Positions 24,206 to 37,282 of a DNA stretch of 64,000 nt are shown one piece after another (the stretch's first letter is position 1; every line of letters begins with the position of its first letter). A model generated the notes under the pieces. It had not been told where the DNA came from, did no database searches, and was given only the letters and a program-made list of their open reading frames with translations. Position numbers and translations under genes: made by a program. Source of the stretch: Octopus sinensis (taxonomy: Eukaryota); assembly GCF_006345805.1 (NCBI RefSeq), contig NC_043015.1, positions 25,358,001 through 25,422,000 of the forward strand, in the 5' to 3' direction.

Positions 24206-26099
24206 AATAACAAAGGTTATTATAAAACGAGAATAGCTCCGAGTTACAAGCCAGCCTATTTCTATACTTTATTTATTGTTAAGTGAAAGTAATCTGTGCA
24301 TTATCATCTGAAAGATGCCATATGAATATATATGGATGGTCACACTTCTACAACTTCTGCTGCATTATGTAATATCCATGCGATAATCTATTTTGGAGAA
24401 GTAGTCAGAAATGAATTAATAACTACTTCGCGAATAGAACAGAGTTTAAAAGGAGAACTTTTCGAAAAGGAAATGGGTTTTTTCAGATCATTTTTCAATC
24501 CTTGCTATGTTTATTATATTTGTGGTTAAGAAGTTTGTACTTGCTTCATAGTCCCTTGGTCTCCGGTTCAATTGCCACGTGCAGTTATTGACTGCAGTCA
24601 TAGTTTCATGTCTGCACAACAGTGATAGAGACTAGGTGGACGAATACTATGCAGATCTCCTTTCAATGGACACTACGCCACCTCTTATTTTCTTTCTTCT
24701 TTTTTTTTTGTTTAAAGCCACGAACTGATCACTGTGTGCCACCAACCTTTTTCATATAACATCCTTATCAAAATACACTGCCTTTGCTTTTAATTAGTTT
24801 TGATAATAATAATATTAATAATAATAATATTAATAATAATAATAATTATTATTATAAACGTAGTAAAATAACATTAAATCCTTTGGTACCAACCTGCACA
24901 AGAACACCACTTCTGGTTCTATGATACAGACTATCTCTTTTAAATAATGTAATTAAAGAAGATTCATCAAAATTTCATTTTAATAATAACAAGCTTATTT
25001 TAATAATGAGAGTTTTATTATTTTCAAAATTAATTTATTCAGCACATTTTAACAAAAAATTGTTTGTAATGGGACAAATTGATGTGAAATTTTGATAGAA
25101 CAGTTTTATTTAGATCCCTAAGATGGATGGATTCATCATCACCATCATCATCCCTTAATGTCTGTCTTCTGTGCATGCATGGGTAGGACAGTTTTATCAC
25201 AAAACAAAATGTGGCTTCAGGTGTGTTGCTATAAAAATGGTAAATGCATTCTGCTCTGCTGAAAACATTTGAATCATGTTTGCAGCTTTAAGATACATTT
25301 TGCAACCTTTGTCTCTGCAATCTCAGAACTTCTGAAAAAGGGACATGGGTGAGTTTTCTGCTCAAACTAAGACGCACACTTCCTCTTATATCCAAATTAT
25401 GTTCCTGCCATTAACTATTGATGCTTCTGTCCACAGATCTGAGACAAGGAGGTTAGACTTCTCAATTTGCATATTCTGATATAGAATTAACGATAATTTC
25501 ACGTGCCATGGAATCATTCCAATATAGAGCAGATTCATCATTGTTTTAACATCGACTTATTCATGCTTGCATGGATCAGACCAGACTATATTGAAGAAGG
25601 GTTTTCTGATGCTAAATGATCTTCCTGACACCAAACCTCACCTATTTCTCGGGCAAAAATCCTCTCATCTCTTGATTAGATTAAAGGCTATGATTCCTTC
25701 TGATTGAATCTTCCTTGCATCAACATGCACATCCCTGTGATGATGTAACCTTTAATCTAATCAAGATATCCTTGGCTTGAAGAGTAACCAGTGGTATACA
25801 CCTTGCTTGGATTTTACCACTTCTGAGGTTCCACTCACTATGAAACATATGTAGCCTGAATTTTTCTGACTTCATTCCCTAACTCGTGCATTCTTTTTTG
25901 TACACTTGGCAACCCTGGTCGCCTACCATGGTTTATAAAAAGAACTTTCTTCTGCTCATCATTCTTCGATAAAGAAAAGTAATCCACAACCTTCCATCTC
26001 AATAAACCATTATTGTTCCTGAAAGTTGTTGTTTTTTTATATTTACTACAGATTGCCTGAAGCTAACTTTCTTTCTACACCTCAATCATTGGATCTTAC

Positions 26100-26144
<45 letters not shown>

Positions 26145-26154
26145 TGTAAATTTT

Positions 26155-26360
26155 AAAAATGGAACAAGAACACAACAGATGGCAATAAAACATACAGACA
26201 GAAAATACAAAGATGGACAGGAAAAGCAACAAAAAGTTAGGACAAAACGAGGCAATCTCTCCTCAGTCAAGTTTCCAGATTATCGTTACAGTTTCAGCTG
26301 GTTACACTTGAGAGTGTTCAAATCTGGCAGGCTCCAAAAAGCTAAGCCAAGAGCATTAAG
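26155..26360 (-). mobile_element. Dispersed repeat, possibly a Penelope-like terminal repeat (copy 1; copy 2 at 26913-27135)
   Basis: Both copies share aaaaatggaacaagaac...ctctcctcagtcaagtttccagattatc...ttcaaatctggcag. The Penelope assignment is inference. Confidence 0.4.
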
Positions 26361-27179
26361 TGTTTTGGGAGAAAGCAAGCAAATGTGTAAGACAACAAAG
26401 ACAAAAAAAAATCCAAGAAAATGTTACACAATTACAAACAAGAAAATAACAACAGGTGTCTTTCGATTAATAGAGACAAATCAAGTTTAGTTGGCATGTG
26501 TAGAGAGAAAGCCTTGAGGCAGGAACATAGCAGATGAACATAAGAGATGAAAGTCATGAGACAGGAATATAAGAGATGCTTTGCAGCCAGCAGTTGAGCC
26601 AAGTCATGTGGAAAGAAAGGAGAGAAGTAGGGGCAGAGGGTTTGAAAAATTAGGTGGAGAATGAGAAAGAAAGAAAATCAAAGGGACATAGAGAAGGTAC
26701 AAGGGTGATAAACGAGGAAAAGTAGGTAGATTAAAGAAAGAGAAAGCCAAGAAATGTGAGAGAGAGGAAGTGAGAAAAACAAAAGAGGAAAGAAAGATGC
26801 AAGTAGGAGGGGGACTAAAAGAAAGAGTAAGAGAGTCGTACAGAATTTAGATACATATATATTTACAAGGTGAACAAAAGTGAATGTACACCGCTATAAA
26901 TATATAAATAATAAAAATGGAACAAGAACGCAACAGACAACAATAAAACATCTGGACAGATAGATGATACAAAGATGGACAGGAAAAACAACAAAAAGAT
27001 GGAAAAGAAAAACAAAAGGGTGGGTCATTCGTGGCCTTCTCTCCTCAGTCAAGTTTCCAGATTATCTTTTCAGTTTTGGCCGGTTACATTTGAGACTGTT
27101 CAAATCTGGCAGACCTCTAAAATCTAAGTTAAGAGCATATATAGATGAAGAAGACTCATCAAGCCAAGTAAAATCACAT

Positions 27180-27405
27180 TCATGGCAGATACTGGTGTCA
27201 TGCAAATGGCACCCATGCTAGTGGCACACAAAAGCACCCATTATGCTGTCAGAGTGATTGGTGTTAGGAAAGGAATCCAGCTGTAGAAACCATGGCAAAA
27301 CAGACTGGAGCCTGGTGCAGCCTTACAGCTTGCCAGCCATGGTCAAACCATCCAACCCATGCCAGCATGGACAACAGACGTTAAATGATGATGATGAAGG
27401 ATGAT
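27180..27405 (+). mobile_element. Family A repeat
   Basis: ggtgttaggaaaggaatccagctgtagaaac...catccaacccatgccagcatgg...atgatgatg. Confidence 0.8.
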
Positions 27406-27406
27406 G

Positions 27407-27443
<37 letters not shown>

Positions 27444-30400
27444 CATGCATGCAAATCAGTAGTATAGTCATGATTTATTTAAACAGAGCATCAATGGCCA
27501 GTTTGTTGATGTACAAGAAAGTCTTCCAGATTTTATATCGAATAAAATTATAACAATGGGTTGGTACCATTCAGTGTTGGAATAAAATGATTACAGAGTA
27601 TTTGTTCGGGTCTGAAGTTCCAAGATCAAATTCTGTCATAGTTATGTTCACCTTTCAACATTCAGGGGTAGACAAAATAAAGTACCAGTTAAGTGCAGGC
27701 AATAGCTTGTTTCTTGGCCTGTACCAAAATGAAATGGGTTAGCATAATACTGCCAACAGAACACACACACATATACACATCCTACCATTTGCTAACACAC
27801 ACACACACTCTCTCTCTTTCTTTCTCTCTAAAGTCGACCCTGTTAAGTGCAAAGTGACAAGAGGAATCAACATAATAAAAGTGAATGGTATGATGCACAA
27901 GTGTATGTGCCACCTGCCACCTCCCCTGTACTTTCTTTGCAGCAGGGCATCTGTGCTTCCCTTCCATTATACTTCAATCTCTCGACATTTGGGATAAAGC
28001 TGCCTGCCTTTCCATTTCCCACCCACTTAATGGGGGGGGGGCTGTTTGTTTTGTGGGTTACTTAGCGACCCTGCTCTTGCCAGTGTTATGAAGAAGGGCA
28101 CCCTGTACACCCTGTAGAGTGGTTATTAGTGTCACAGTCATACAAGCCGTCTCATTCGTTTCCAGCCAAAGAAATAGTGCCAAAGCAAACATTGGAGTCT
28201 AATGCAATCCCCCCTCGCCCTCGCCCATTGGCAGCCATCTAGCCTATGTCAGTTTTGAAGAGAAATGTTAAAAACATGATGATGAGGATGATGTAGATAT
28301 AATGTGTGTGTGCGTGCATGTGTGTTTTAATGATTGTCATGGTATCTCAGAGATGTGCTGAAATACTTGTTCAAGGATAAGATCATATTTCTGTAATGAA
28401 ATTCTTTTGATGCTTACTGACATGTAATCCTCAGATACATAACAGAAAACTCCATGTAATGATTTATGTAAATGTGTGTGTGCACTCACACTTATGTGCA
28501 TGTGTGAGTGTGTGTGCTTGAATAGTTATCGTGACATCATTTCACCTCAGAAATGTAGTGCAACAACAGTGATAATATATCGATGACTGAGTCTCTTACT
28601 ACCAGCCTGGGGCTATGATGATTCTGCTATGAGGATGTAACCATTCCAGTTTCATCTCATCATCTTACGTAAATTCCTTTGCCAACCCAATCACTTGCCC
28701 TACATCAACATTTGAATTAGCATCAGCCTTGGAAGCAAATTTTATTCTAAGCACATCTCACAGAGAAATATTTCTCCATACAGAAGTATTTCCATCCAAA
28801 ACTAATTAAGGAAATACTCAAATAATACAATTACAAAAGGAGAAATATTACAGTTATGATGTCTTTGAGAGAAATAAAAGTTATCCAGATGTAAAGGTTT
28901 TGCCATAAACAGACACAAAATCATCCGAATTCTTAATCTCTGTATGATTTAATTAACCCGTTAACTGCAAAATTAAATTTCATGGTAATGATGTTAAATA
29001 TCTACCAAAAAATAGAATTGGTATTTTCTACAACTCACAATGCCTCACTAAAACTTGACATATCTCAACAAAATATACTCAAAATTATGTGATTTTCCCA
29101 TTAAAATGATTAATGAAAAAAGCATCAATGAATCCTAGAGAGGCTCTGTTTTGTTGCAGCTTTGGAAAATACATTTGTTTGAAGTTTTCAAGAGAAGGGA
29201 TATGTTAGCTGATTGCTTCAACCCCAGCATCTGGTAGGTACTTTACTTTATAGACCACAAATCGTGAAAAAGAAAAGATGGTGCTAACAGGATTTGAAAT
29301 CAGAATGATGACAAGGCATTGTTCTGATGCTCTAATGATTCCACCAGCTCACCACCACCACTCTGATGCTTCTGCCAGTGCTGTCCACACTTTTGGATGT
29401 GATGCCTGTTCAGTTGCCACAGGTCTATTGCATTTGTCAGCTGCATCAGGATACTGAACATACAAGTCAGGCCACCACTGTACACACAATCAATGCAAAT
29501 GAACCAGCAATTAATAATATCAATATCAAGAACACAACTGCGGATTCATTTTACTTATGACTCCAGATAGATTTGAACTTAGAATGCATACTCTAACAAT
29601 TCTGCCAAACCACCACATTGAGACATTCCTCAATTGTACAGTAGGATTTGAACTCACAATGCATAGGTCCACCATAATAAAAATCATCATAGTTTCAATG
29701 TTTACATTTCCATGCTGACATGATTCCAATGGAATTTGTTGAGGCAGTTTTCTGTGGCTGGATGCCTTTTCTGTCAACAACCCTCACCTGTTTCCAAGTA
29801 AGATAATATTTTTCCAAGGCCAGGCATGTTTTGTTTTAACAGAAGATATGTGATGAAAAATGTCAAGACAAGGCAACACTAACACACACACACACACACA
29901 CACACCACAACAACAACAACTTTTTTCAGTTTCATAAAGCTTGATTAGCCTGGGTCTATAACAGAAGACATTTGTCCAAGGTGTCATGATGTAGGATTGA
30001 ACTTAAAACTATGTATTTGGGAAGCAAACTTCATAACCATATAACCATGCCTGCCCCATAACTAAATATCACAAAAAAATTCTCACCCCACCCTACCCCA
30101 CTCTTCCAAACTCCCACAGCAAGCCATTGTCAATCATACATTTAGCACATCGCTTAATGTAGGGCTAACATCTGAGGGTTAAGTGCCACGGCCTTTAGAT
30201 ATGGTGCAGTACTAACCTGTGAAGTGTTTTATGAACTGTTTACTGTTTTTTGAGACATCACCTTTGACCAACAAGTCAACAACCAGTTGACTCAATCAAA
30301 ATATACGTTTCATGTGCTTTTCATTCCCTTGACAAGATGAAGACAATTTATTTCTAACATAACCAAAGCTTCCTGTCAGATTTCATAGAAAATTAATAAT

Positions 30401-30539
30401 TCAGTAATAGTTTTCACAACTCTTAACACAGCTTCATTGTTTTTGCTTAAAACTTGGCAGATGCAAAGCTACAGAATAATGAGAAAAGTCTGTTGATTTG
30501 CCAGAGATTATTATTGTTGTTGTTGTTTTTGTTAAGACA

Positions 30540-31190
30540 AAGGTGATGAGCTGGCAGAATCATTAGAATGTTGGAAGAAATATGGTATTGTTTGATTATG
30601 CTCTGAGTTCAAATCCCACTCCTATAACTTCAGTTTTCACCCTTTTTGATGTGGATAAATTAAGTACCAGTTATGTGTTTGGGTCAATGTAATCAGCTAA
30701 CCCTCCTGCCCTCAAAACGGTTGGCCTCATGTCTAAAACCACAATTCATTATTATTATTGCAGTGAGTTGTAGAATTGTTAACATACCAAAACAAAATGC
30801 TTAGCAGCATTTCAACTGTTTTTACATTCTGAGTTCAAATGCTGCCGAGGTCATCTTTGCCTTGCATTCTGTCAGGGTTGATGAAATAAGTACCAGGGCT
30901 GATATAATTGGCTACCCCCAATTTCCCCAAAATTTGCTGGCTCGGTGCCAAAATTTGAAAGTATTACAGTGAGGAATTGGTAGAATCTTTAGTGCTTTGG
31001 ACAAAAATGCTTTGTGGCATTTATTTTGGTGTTTTACATTACAAGTTCAAATCTCATCAAGGCCAACATTGTCTTTTGTCCTTTCAGAATCAATAAAATA
31101 AAGAATGGTCAAGAACTAGAGTCAAAGAAATTGATTTGCCCCTCTCATCAAATTGTTGAACTTGAACCAAAATTGAATTTATTATAATTG
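30540..31190 (+). mobile_element. Three tandem degraded family B SINEs
   Basis: Three successive ...tagaat..ttag..tgagttcaaat...aaataagtaccag units. Confidence 0.65.
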
Positions 31191-31282
31191 TTGCTGTTGT
31201 TGATTGTTGTGTGAATGATCATGTTTTGTAGTGTTCTTCTTAGAAATCATTTGAGTAGAAATAATTCTTCCTCTTAATAAGG

Positions 31283-31680
31283 CAGGCTTTGGTGGTGTGG
31301 TTAAGGAGCCTGCTTTGCAGCCATGTGATTTCAGCCTTGTGTAACAGCCTCAGGAAATGTCTTCTACAACACTCCTGGGTTGACCAATGCCTTTGCCAGA
31401 TGGAAACTGTTTAGAAGCTTGTAGTGTGTGTGCATGAATGTAAGTGCGTACGTGTGCATGTGAGTGTGTGTGTATGTGTGCTGGTTTTACCCCACCACCA
31501 TCCATTTTGGTTCATTTACATCCCCATAACTCAGTAGTTTGGCAAAAGAGTATGACAAACGTTAAGCACCAGACTTAAAAACTAGGTACTCGAGCTGATC
31601 TGTTCAGCTAAAGCCCTTTAAGGTGATGCCCCAGCATGGCCACAGTCCAATGACTGAAGCAAGTAGGAGATAAAAGATAC
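31283..31680 (+). mobile_element. Degraded family C SINE
   Basis: ggtggtgtggttaagg head, ccagatggaaactg, tail aaggtgatgccccagcatggccacagtccaatgactgaagcaagta. Confidence 0.65.
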
Positions 31681-31863
31681 ATCGGTTTACAACGTCTATG
31701 TCTCGTGGTGTTCAGTTGAGAAGCTTTACTCAGATATTGACTGTATTACCACATTACAAGTATTGCGTTTGTCTTAGACAATTGTATTAAATTATGTGGC
31801 AACACTAACACAAAAGATATATCTGAAAATTATAGGTTTATCTATAAATTTGAAATTTAGAAA

Positions 31864-31910
<47 letters not shown>

Positions 31911-32054
31911 CAAACAAATAAACCAAACCAAAAAGGAGATAAGGATTCTCAACTAATTATGGGTATTTGTGTTATGATTGATGCCATTGTGCAAGTAAAT
32001 TTCATTTCTATGTTTGCACATATACACACACAGATATATGTGTGTGTGTGTGTG

Positions 32055-32107
<53 letters not shown>

Positions 32108-33529
32108 GTACATACATGTATATGCGTGTGTGTGTGCATATATGTATATGTTAGGTTTTATATTATTTTGCTAAAATTACCAGACACCATATTATGCTTA
32201 ATGACAAATTGGTATTAAATTCTAAGATAAAGGGATTTATTTTTTCTTTTTAAATAAGGAAAATGATTTATCTTCATTTTTTCTTTTTGAACAAATTTCA
32301 AATAAAGAGCAATATAACAACAGACCATTAAATGTCTTATTCTTTCCTTATATTGCGTATATGTGTGTATAAAATATATATATCTGTATTATACATATAG
32401 AGCTCTATAGACATATACATATTATATAATACATATTTATTACACGTACATCCATAAAAATATAAACGTACACATGTATACTTATATATTGTATGCACAC
32501 GTACACACAATATACATATATATATATATATATACACACATTTATACATGCTTATAAACATATACACGCAAATAAGTACACGCATGCCCCTATATATAGA
32601 TGCATATGTGTGTGTGTATACACTCATGTACCCAGATATATAAACGCATGCTAACATACATACGTTTGTCTTATGTGTGTATGTAGGCATCTCCGTTCTT
32701 TCCCTAATAACCAGTCATATTGTTTCAAGTGATACAGCTTACATCGACAACAATCATGCCAATTCTCACAAAAGGATCCTTTCTTCCTCCCCACATGTCT
32801 CTTATCAATTATATTCTTTACCTCATTCAAAGAATTGCACAGTTTTCTTTTGTGAAAGCAATTATTGCTCCTCCTCCTTTTCCTGTTCTTCAATGGTAAG
32901 AAACCCTTGCAGTCATCGGAAATATACTTCTGTGTATATATTCACAGTCAACAGAAAGTTGTCTGTGACATGTTCAACGGAGGGTGAGTGGTTACACACA
33001 CACATTGTAGTTAGAAGTGTGAACTGACAATGGTTGGAGATGAAACATTCTGTAGCACCACCAATCCAAGCGACCACAGTATTCTTGGAATGGTATAAGC
33101 AACAGCAAACAATAGCAAGTGCAATAATAGTAGTACTGGTGAGGATGGTTGTGTTGTTAGATGTGGTGTCTGTTTTAGGCACAAGGCCAGACATTTTGAG
33201 GGAAGGAAGAGGCTCAATCAATACCATAATACTTCACTAATTAATTTTTTTCCAGATGGAAATCAATGACCACAGCAGTTTACATGGCTTCCAAATTTAT
33301 GTCTATGGCAGGCAACAACCATCTAGATTTTTCTTTTCCATGCTCAGTGTTGTTACCAATGTTACTAATATCTTGTCTCTCCATCCTTCAACTCCATTTT
33401 ACTTACTGGCTGGCTTGAAATTCTGAAATTATTTTCAATTCTATTAAGGAGTGGAATGGATAATTTCCTGTAAGTCAGTCTGCTGCAAGGCCCCAGCAGA
33501 CAAAATGGAAATGGTGTGGCCCCACAGGA

Positions 33530-33900
33530 TGGTGAGGAAGATATGCAAGAAGAGCCACTCAGATGCACTTGTGGATAGCCATCTCTGCCCTGAAAACAGT
33601 GAGCAGGGACACGGTCTGGGGGCTGAGAACACCTGAGACGGATTCTATGAGTGTGGGTTCACCTGTCACAGACTCAGCCCCATACCAGTCAGAGAGCAAC
33701 AATCATGTTTTTCTCAGCCTGACCAACAGTGGAACCTGGGCTGGTAGCTGACCACACCATGTCACAAGACGTCACAGATGTGGCATCCCAGATGAGGAGC
33801 CTACTGTCACAGAATGGGAAAATTGTCATATTTCCAAGTTTTATACTTGTGGGATAAAAGGAAAAGCTAACACCTGTAGGGATCCAGACTCAGGGAGTAA
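33530..33900 (-). mobile_element. Highly degraded CRE-clade-like restriction-endonuclease domain remnant
   Basis: Minus translation KLGNMTIFPFCDSRLLIWDAT...SPGSTVGQAEK...VTGEP resembles the RPDG.T..PW..G..L.WDAT...PG.A...AE..K...TGEP pattern I recall for CRE-like elements. Confidence 0.5.
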
Positions 33901-34513
33901 AATAGCCACAACAAATACCATAAAGGATTGTCCTGATGATTTAATTGTTCTGTCCCCTCATCACTCTTAATGATTCTTTCTCAGACACTAGGCCAGCAAT
34001 GCTGAGGTGAAGGGGAGACTGGTAATTCATTATATTGACTCCTGTGGGGATGAAAACCAAAATTCACCAATTCCATATGATAGTCACAGATCACCAAGAA
34101 GTTGTATTTCAGTTCTGTTGAAAGTCAACAGTGTTCACTGCCCTACAATTTAGACCATCACCATTAAAGCCACAGAGTACTTTACCCATAAATTATCAAG
34201 ATGGTGTGAGTGTATGAGTATATATATATATATATATATTAATAATAATAATAATAATATGACAACAAAAGAATGAAAGAGACCTCAATATTATGTAAAT
34301 AGAGGAATTTATCTATAATATATGACAATTAGTTGGTTGCCATAATAAAACTCAGAGTTATATATACATATGGGTGTGTGTGTGAATGTGCATGTATGCG
34401 TTTCATGTGAGTGTGAATGAGCATATACATATATGCACATGCACATGGGTGTGCGTGCGTACATGTGTATGTACATGCATGTATACACGGATTCTATGAG
34501 TGTGGGTTCACCT

Positions 34514-34812
34514 TCTTCAAGTATTTTTACTTTCTCCCTATTCACATAATTTCCTTTTATTTAATGGTCATTCTCATTGCTCTTTTGTCTGTCTTAATAA
34601 TGGTCATCTTCATAGTAATTTCTCTTTATCTAACGGTCATTTTCATAGCATTTTTGTTTGTCTTAATAACAGACTTCTGCCTGGACATCCGAAACTCTGA
34701 GTTTTATTATGGCAACTGACTAATAGTCACATATTATGTTATAGATAAAATCCTCTATTTACATAATACCGAGGTCTCTTTCATTCTTTTGTTTTCATAT
34801 TATTATTATTAA
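34514..34812. mobile_element. Dispersed repeat, with shorter inverted copies at 34245-34358 and 34912-34980
   Basis: Shared aacaaaagaatgaaagagacctc..tattatgtaaatagagga.tttatcta; internal ~65-nt direct repeat. Confidence 0.6.
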
Positions 34813-34850
34813 TATATATATATGCTAAACGGTGATGATGATGATGATGA

Positions 34851-34913
<63 letters not shown>

Positions 34914-35025
34914 TAATAATATATGAAAACAAAAGAATGAAAGAGACCTCGATATTATGTAAATAGAGGATTTTATCTACACTCACACACAAACATATAC
35001 AGATAGATAGATAGATTGATAGATA

Positions 35026-35357
35026 TGTTTCTTTATTAGCCACACAGGGCTGGACACAGACAGGAAAAATTACAAAGTAGAGCTTTTCTTTTTGGGGAGA
35101 AAAAAAAGTGGGGTAGGTTTTCGATTAAAAGGGATCGTAAAAAGGAAAAAAGAAAATGATCAGGTTCATATGATTATTATCAAGGTGGCTTCGTTATTCA
35201 TACATGCCATCCTTGCTACATTCACCCATCTTATTTGAAACATTCGCTAGACAAAACTTGCCTCTCTACTCTCACTTTCCTTTTCAAGAGGTACTTGAAG
35301 AAGTTGATGAGAGATTGACCAGAGAGGAAAGTGTTTGTTTCTAATCCTTTCAGACGT
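35026..35357 (-). mobile_element. 5'-truncated Tx1-clade 3' end (second family)
   Basis: Minus strand RLKGLETNTFL...INFFKYLLKRKVRVERQVL parallels 43010-43200; ends agccctgtgtggctaataaagaaacata. Confidence 0.8.
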
Positions 35358-37241
35358 GTGTGTGTGTGTGTGTGTATCTGCATTGCATTCCAACAGAACA
35401 ATGACAAGAGTATTCATGGGTTTTAGGGTTTTAGCAGCAAAAGCAATGTCTGATCTCAGTTTCTATTTGAAACTTTCTTCTTTTATTTGTATGAATTTGT
35501 ACAATGAACTTCTTTCTTGCTTATATCCAGCATTTCTAATAAGAACCAGTTTGAGTGCAAGTGCTAAGCTGTCATGCTCAACTTGTCACATCCAAGACGC
35601 TCTGCTGGATCATGAGCGGGAGTGCTGGCAGAGAGGATCTATGTATCTTCTTGGAAATATAGGCACCTTAAACAATTAGCAAAAGCATGCTACATGCTGC
35701 CAAATCAGCCTTGATTCCCACACACGAAAATTATTAAATTTAACCCTTTTTGATTTCAACTTATCTGAGACTGCCTCGGGTTTTATGGCACAACCTGTCA
35801 CTTTTAAAGGGATCTAAATTAAAACATTTCATCAAAGTGCTGCTCAATAATGACCAAAGTTATTTAACTAAATTCTTCATTATTTTCATAAATAAAGGCA
35901 GTGTACCAACGGAGAAATGTGGTTAAAAAGGTCAACAGATGCCAAAGAGAAGCTTATCAGTCTGGCACCGCTCAGCAACGGAGGAGAGCGAAGAAGAAGC
36001 CAACAGCAGGAGTGAGACAGTCTCTATTGCTAATTGATCCAGAAACCTCAGGTTCTCAATATCAGCTACATGTGATGGCAGGTGGTATGTCTGCTGTGTT
36101 CGTCTGACATTGAATTCATCGCAGGCAAACCTCTGTTCAGTCATGTGGATATGATTCTTAATTGTTCTGCTGTTTCACCAGTTCTGTTAGTGTTGGACAA
36201 CAAACAAACAGACAAAACATTCTGAGCAACACTGAACACATACACACACGAGCATGTGTGTATATGTGTGTATATATATAAATATAAATATATATTTACG
36301 TGCAGAAATATATACACACACAAGCACATAGACACACGTAAGCATATATATATATATGTATAGACACAAACAAACACACAAGGACACACTCACACAAGGA
36401 TGTACATGTACACAGATACACACAAGCACACATACATGTGCACAAACATATCCATGAACACAGACATATACAAGCATATTCAGCACAGACACACACACCC
36501 CTGCATATATATATATATGTCCGTAAGTATCTACACACATACACACACCAGCACGTTGACAGGTGCAAGTAAGTGTGTGTGTGTGTGTGTATGCGTGCGC
36601 AACCATGTTTAGTGAATCACACACAAAAATCTACATGCCGGCTTGAAACTCATACACACTTGCATGTGTGCACAAAGATGCATGTATATGCATTAGACAC
36701 ACAAATAAATCAAAATACAAATACTTAATCAGATACACACAAAAAAGAATATTAAAAATTATCACAAATAGTTTCAGAAGCACGCGCGCGCGCGCGCACA
36801 CACACACACAGAGTCAAGCACGAGTGCACATACACACACAGATATTCTAGCATGTATACACAGTGAAACACACTTAATGCTCATGTATACAAATACACCC
36901 CACCTCAAACACGATCATATGCGATAGACACACACACACACAGACTCCAGAGTCTTCACACAAGCATACATCTATGCAAACGCATGCACACACACATACA
37001 CACACACTCAACAAACTAAAGCATGCACACATACATACAAATACACTTATATGTACATATACACACAGACTTCAGCACGCACACACACACATATATTCAA
37101 ACGAATGGCCATTTATGTTTTGTTTTTAGTTTCACTTTATTTCACTGTGTTGGTGTCTCCTCACGACGACATTACATGAAATGGTGGGAAGTGTATAATT
37201 TTATGTGGTTAATGAGATCGTCTTAATTACAATGCCTTGGT

Positions 37242-37282
<41 letters not shown>

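Noticed and set aside
32651-33227. Cys-containing frames suggesting a transposase remnant
   Set aside because: Multiple stops and no diagnostic motif.
36150-36215. TNRTGETAEQLR resembling a later CCDC39 segment
   Set aside because: A stop follows within four codons and there are no fitting splice sites.
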